Below, piece after piece: positions 59,901-64,000 of a DNA stretch of 64,000 bases (position 1 is its first letter; each line of letters opens with the position of its first letter). A model generated the notes under the pieces. The model saw only the letters and a list, made by a program, of their open reading frames with translations, did not search any database and was not told where the DNA came from. Position numbers and translations under genes: made by a program. The DNA comes from the human T2T-CHM13v2.0 reference genome, Homo sapiens. The stretch is from NCBI RefSeq assembly GCF_009914755.1, contig NC_060929.1. The stretch is one strand, 5' to 3'.

Positions 59901-62900
59901 CATTTATTTTGAAATTTTATTTTAAGCTATCCACAAGGCTGATTTCCAGAACTGAAATAAAATCCCAATTGCAAGGGCAACTGCCATTTCTGATATCTAT
60001 CTTCTCTACATTCACACTCACACAGAAACAATTTATCATTGTAATAGCTAACAGCCAGAGACCCTTTCCCTTTGCAAAACAGAAGACAAAATCACCTTCC
60101 TCTGACTGTTCAAGCCACAGTGATTCTCCCATGGAGGGAACTGGGGAAGACTTAGCATCATAAGGTCCAGGAGAGACCTGGAAATCTAGAAAGATACAGC
60201 AAAGGCTAGTGCAAATTCACAAGTTCTTCTTAAGAGATTTTGGCCTGAACAAACATGCATCCAGCCCATGGTTCCAACCACTGAGGCAACTAGATGCCAC
60301 AGGTTGTCTATAAAAAGAAAGATTAAGGTAGATCTTGGTGAAACCTAAAAGAAGAAATGCCAAGCCCTATGGGGTAACTTACTATAAGGAGATAGTTTTA
60401 GATAAGAAGCAAGATGACGGCCTGATAAGCTCCCTCATTTCCTCATGGAAATGGTTCTACATAATCTGCTTTGGATGATAAAAAAAGAGAGGTCCTAAAA
60501 TATGCCTTGGTTAGTAACCCAGCAGCAAAGTATAGGGTACAACATAGCAATAGGTGGATACCAATGATAATAGCAACTACCATCTACTGAGTACTCACTC
60601 TGTGCCTAAAAAACTTTACTAGGTACCTTACACATATTGTACCATTTAATCTTCACAACAGCTCTATGAAGTGTAAGTACTGTTATTATTCCCTTTACAC
60701 AGAAGAGAAAAATTAGTTCTGAAAAAAATGTGACACACTCAAGGTCACACTGTTTGTAAAGCAGATTCACCGCTAGGTCTATGTTACTCCAAAGTCCATG
60801 CTTTTAATTAATAGCCTTTCAAGGTAGAAAGTATTTTCATACCCTCATGGCAAAGAAAAAAAAAATTGTTCATTAGCAATCCCTTGGTTGAAATTTTGTA
60901 ATGCTTAAAAACAGCCCCGATTAAGATTCAGCAGGTTAAGTGTGGAATGAGCACCAGATTGAGGATCCCTCCAGTCTCTGGAGGTTGGACATGTGATCCT
61001 AGGCGAGTCACTCAGCTTCTCTGGACCTCAATTTCCCAGGGAACTTGTAAAACAAGGCTACTTCCCTCTGTTCTCCCCCTACCTCAAAGCATTCCTTGAA
61101 GTCAGTTACCCGTGCTAAGATAATAAGGCTGATATCCAAAGATGAGGCTATTGGCCAAAGGCTTCAGTCTCTTCTTTCACCAACTTTCTTTTTAGTTATC
61201 AGAGCCTCACACAAAAGTTATTAGCTAATCAGCTAATAACTATTCAGCACCTGCTATTTGTGTACCCATGCAGTAGTCAATGGGGGTATTTAGAAGTACA
61301 AGGCACCAGCCTTGCCCTTGAGGACCTGTCTCCAAGTCTGGGGACTGCTAAGATATATGAAATAAAAGCACTGAAAGATCTGGTGGGCCTATTATTCAGT
61401 GTCCAACTATGAGATACAAACCAGAGGTATTAGAATTCCGAAGAACATCAGCCAGGACTAGAAAAGCTGAGTTTCCAAGATAAAGTAGAATTTTAGAATA
61501 ACCTTGATAGATAGATAACTTTTGCAAAATTGGAAGGGAAAGACATCCAGCAAAAGAAACTCTGGGAGCTAAGGATATGAGGCTAGATGGAGTAATGTAT
61601 AGGATGGGTGATCATGAAAGAGATCAACAGAATTCTCAGTAGGTATATGAGTGAGCAGTGGAAATGGGAACAGGAGTTAGAGTTCAGAAGACTTGAACGC
61701 GTGGCATGGTAAGCTGGACTTGGAGCAGGAACAAAAGGTATGACCTGGGTGACCTGGTGAACATTGGAAGCTGCTCGGTTTGGATTTCTTGTCTACCATC
61801 TGCCTTCAGCAGAGGAAAAGTACAAGAACATGTGCAACCTGGTGTTCTAAAGCCATAGACATCAGCCATCCCAGCTGAGAGGCCCCAGGACAGGGGCAAG
61901 GACTCACTATATTTCTGAACACAGAACTGGGAACACAGTGCCCAAAACTGTTTGATCCGCTGCTGGTAGTCTCACACTGACCTCTCAACCCCAGTTACAC
62001 CACAGGTCAAGCAAATAGGCATGGCCCAGAATCTCTAAACCTTCATCGCATCAACCCCATTCTCTGCCACCTACCAGATCAATGGGACACTGTTTTGGGG
62101 ACCAAAGACACTGCTCACCTCTGCCCCACACTTAGGAAATAGGCCTTCATATTCTGCTGCTCAGCAGGCCTCACAGAGTTCAACACTAAACTCCTGTTGC
62201 AAAGAGCACCCAGAAAGAGAATGCACCAGCAGCACAGTCAGTCCCAGGCTCTTCCTGTGGGAGTCATCAAGAAACACAGTTCCCAGGGCCTCTACAGACA
62301 AAAGAATGACACCCAATCATCATGCTAGTTCTAATAGGGTCTAGAGATGTTTAATGGCATCACTGTGCCCCGTGAGACACAGAAGTCACAACAACTCATG
62401 AAAAGGAAAGTGTTCATTGAGATACTCTCTAGTGTTGACTTAGTTGAGCCTATTATTGTTAACCAGATGGTTACTGTCTGCATCAAACTGGCAATCTGGA
62501 GCAGCAGGCTTCCCCTCAGTGGTGCACTGCCATGGCCGGACCCCTCCCTGCAGTCTTCTCTCCTCAGATAAAATGGCAAGCCTCGTACTCTACCAACTGC
62601 AGACCAAAGAATGAAGAGGTTGGCACTCAAGAGATATTTTACTTCATAGACAGAGGAATGTCACCTCTGCACTGCGCTGAGCACCTTCACAATGAAAGAT
62701 TCAGATCTTCAGATAACAATTTAAAAATTTAGATGTGTGTGCCTGCCAGGATCTAACTGCCTCGCTAGTTAGATCCAGCTCAACAAAAGTACTTAAAATC
62801 TTTTCTGCTGGTTCCTATTTCAAAAGAAATCCCTGATGGAGGAAGCACAGACCTTCCAGTATCACTCATAAACTTTTCAATACAAATATGAAACTCAGTT

Positions 62901-63472
62901 CAGAGCAAGTATCATCTGACTGGGTTTCTCTCCTTCATCCCTGAATGTGTGTGTATACAGGCATACACGGCGTGCACGCGCGCACACACACAGCCATCAG
63001 CATGGCATGCTTGCTGAAGATTCAAGCACTCCTGCGTGAAAATGCAAGTACACTATGTCAGGTCAGCCCCACTATGACATCAAAAACCCCCCACCAAAGA
63101 AAAAACACCCCGGGAAAGGAGCCAGGAAAGGGAAACGCCTCCTTGAAACAGCCTGAGAAAGGCAATCTGATTCAGCCTGTGCTGAAACTATTCCCGAACA
63201 CCAGCCAGGAAGTCCCTTCTTTCAGGGTGCTCCGCTGCCTAGCAAACCCAGACCTGCCTTTGCGGAAGCCAGATCTCTGGAGATTCAAGCCCTGGAACGG
63301 GTGATTTGGAAAGCGGCTTTCCTGCTCTTGTTCTGGCGCCCTTTAAGATCCATCAGTGGCCAGGTCTTCCAACTCTGCCTAGCCAATGCAAACACAAAAG
63401 CTGGTGGCTGCACCGCAAGCACACATACACTTACATACACACACAACACAGCACACACTTATACATACATAC

Positions 63473-63486
63473 CTTTCACCCTCCAT
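63473..63486 (-). CDS. KLHL3: KLHL3 exon 1, coding part (M-E-G-E plus the first two bases of Ser5)
   Basis: Reverse complement reads ACA-ATG GAG GGT GAA AG|gtatgt. Strong Kozak (A at -3, G at +4) and a canonical donor. The AG joins the T of exon 2 to form Ser, giving the KLHL3 N-terminus MEGESVKLSSQ. Confidence 0.93.
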
Positions 63487-64000
63487 TGTGTGAGGCCCAG
63501 CCAGGGTGGTAGCTGCTGAACTGTGTATGCACTCGGGGATCCTAGTTCTGTTCTTGATTCTCCCAGCAGACCAGTGGGAAATCTGATCAGCAACAGTGAT
63601 TCAGCATGGCTGCAAGTGAAGCCTCCTCCCTTCTCAATCCTCCTTCCTCTGACTTACTCGCAGCAGCTTCTACCGCAAAAGCAGCAGCAACAGAAAATGT
63701 CTTACCCAGAGCTCCCTGCAGCCCTTTCAGCTGCTAAAAGCAGCAACCCACTTGCTCCCCCTCCCCCGCAGGCTTGCTGCTCCTTGGTCTCCTAGGAACG
63801 GCGGCAGCTCCAGCGACCCAGGTGCACTGCCACCTTTCCAGCTTCCTCTGCATCTGCCCAGGCATCCCCAGCCCAGGCGATTAGCCCGCCCCTGGGGCTC
63901 CTGCCTCCTCTGTCTAGGCTGCAAAGAATCAGGCAGTTCGTCACTAGCCCGAGAAATACTGGCCCCTACACCCTCCCCTGCTCCCATAGGCTATGAGTCT
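63487..64000 (-). promoter_or_regulatory. KLHL3: KLHL3 5' UTR and proximal promoter (TSS not resolvable from sequence)
   Basis: Lies directly upstream of the start codon. GC content rises and there is a GC-box (GGGGCGGG on minus) near 63885-63891. It is not a strong CpG island. Confidence 0.6.
63587..63607 (-). promoter_or_regulatory. Short upstream ORF (MLNHCC*) in the KLHL3 5' UTR
   Basis: gccATG CTG AAT CAC TGT TGC TGA, ending 100 nt before the main ATG. Confidence 0.5.

Noticed and set aside
63523-63987. ORFs of 86-90 aa around the promoter
   Set aside because: Low-complexity, with no homology I recognise. They are expected by chance in GC-richer UTR or promoter sequence.

Overview
Human genomic DNA, identified by human-specific L1HS-Ta and AluYb9 diagnostics. 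The window holds the 5' half of KLHL3, the BTB-BACK-Kelch CUL3 adaptor for WNK kinases, on the minus strand. Coding exons 1-6 (c.1-636, aa 1-212) were rebuilt by hand and all have GT-AG boundaries with consistent phases. The rest is intronic and repeat-rich. The standout element is a full-length L1HS-Ta (2236-8269) with intact ORF1, ORF2 and ORF0, inserted in sense orientation in intron 5 about 1.4 kb upstream of exon 6. It has a perfect 16-bp TSD and a mixed Ta-1d/Ta-0 diagnostic pattern. Other notable items are a young AluYb9, an ERV1 fragment with the architecture of an L1-made processed retrocopy, and several local templated-insertion or fold-back scars. The clearest scar is a 53-bp inverted copy with a 15-bp duplication and microhomology at both junctions. 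There are also a tandem splice donor, a candidate internal first exon and a uORF. I found no evidence for a wholly new gene system. Repeat subfamily calls come from recalled consensus motifs, and the boundaries of old repeats are approximate.
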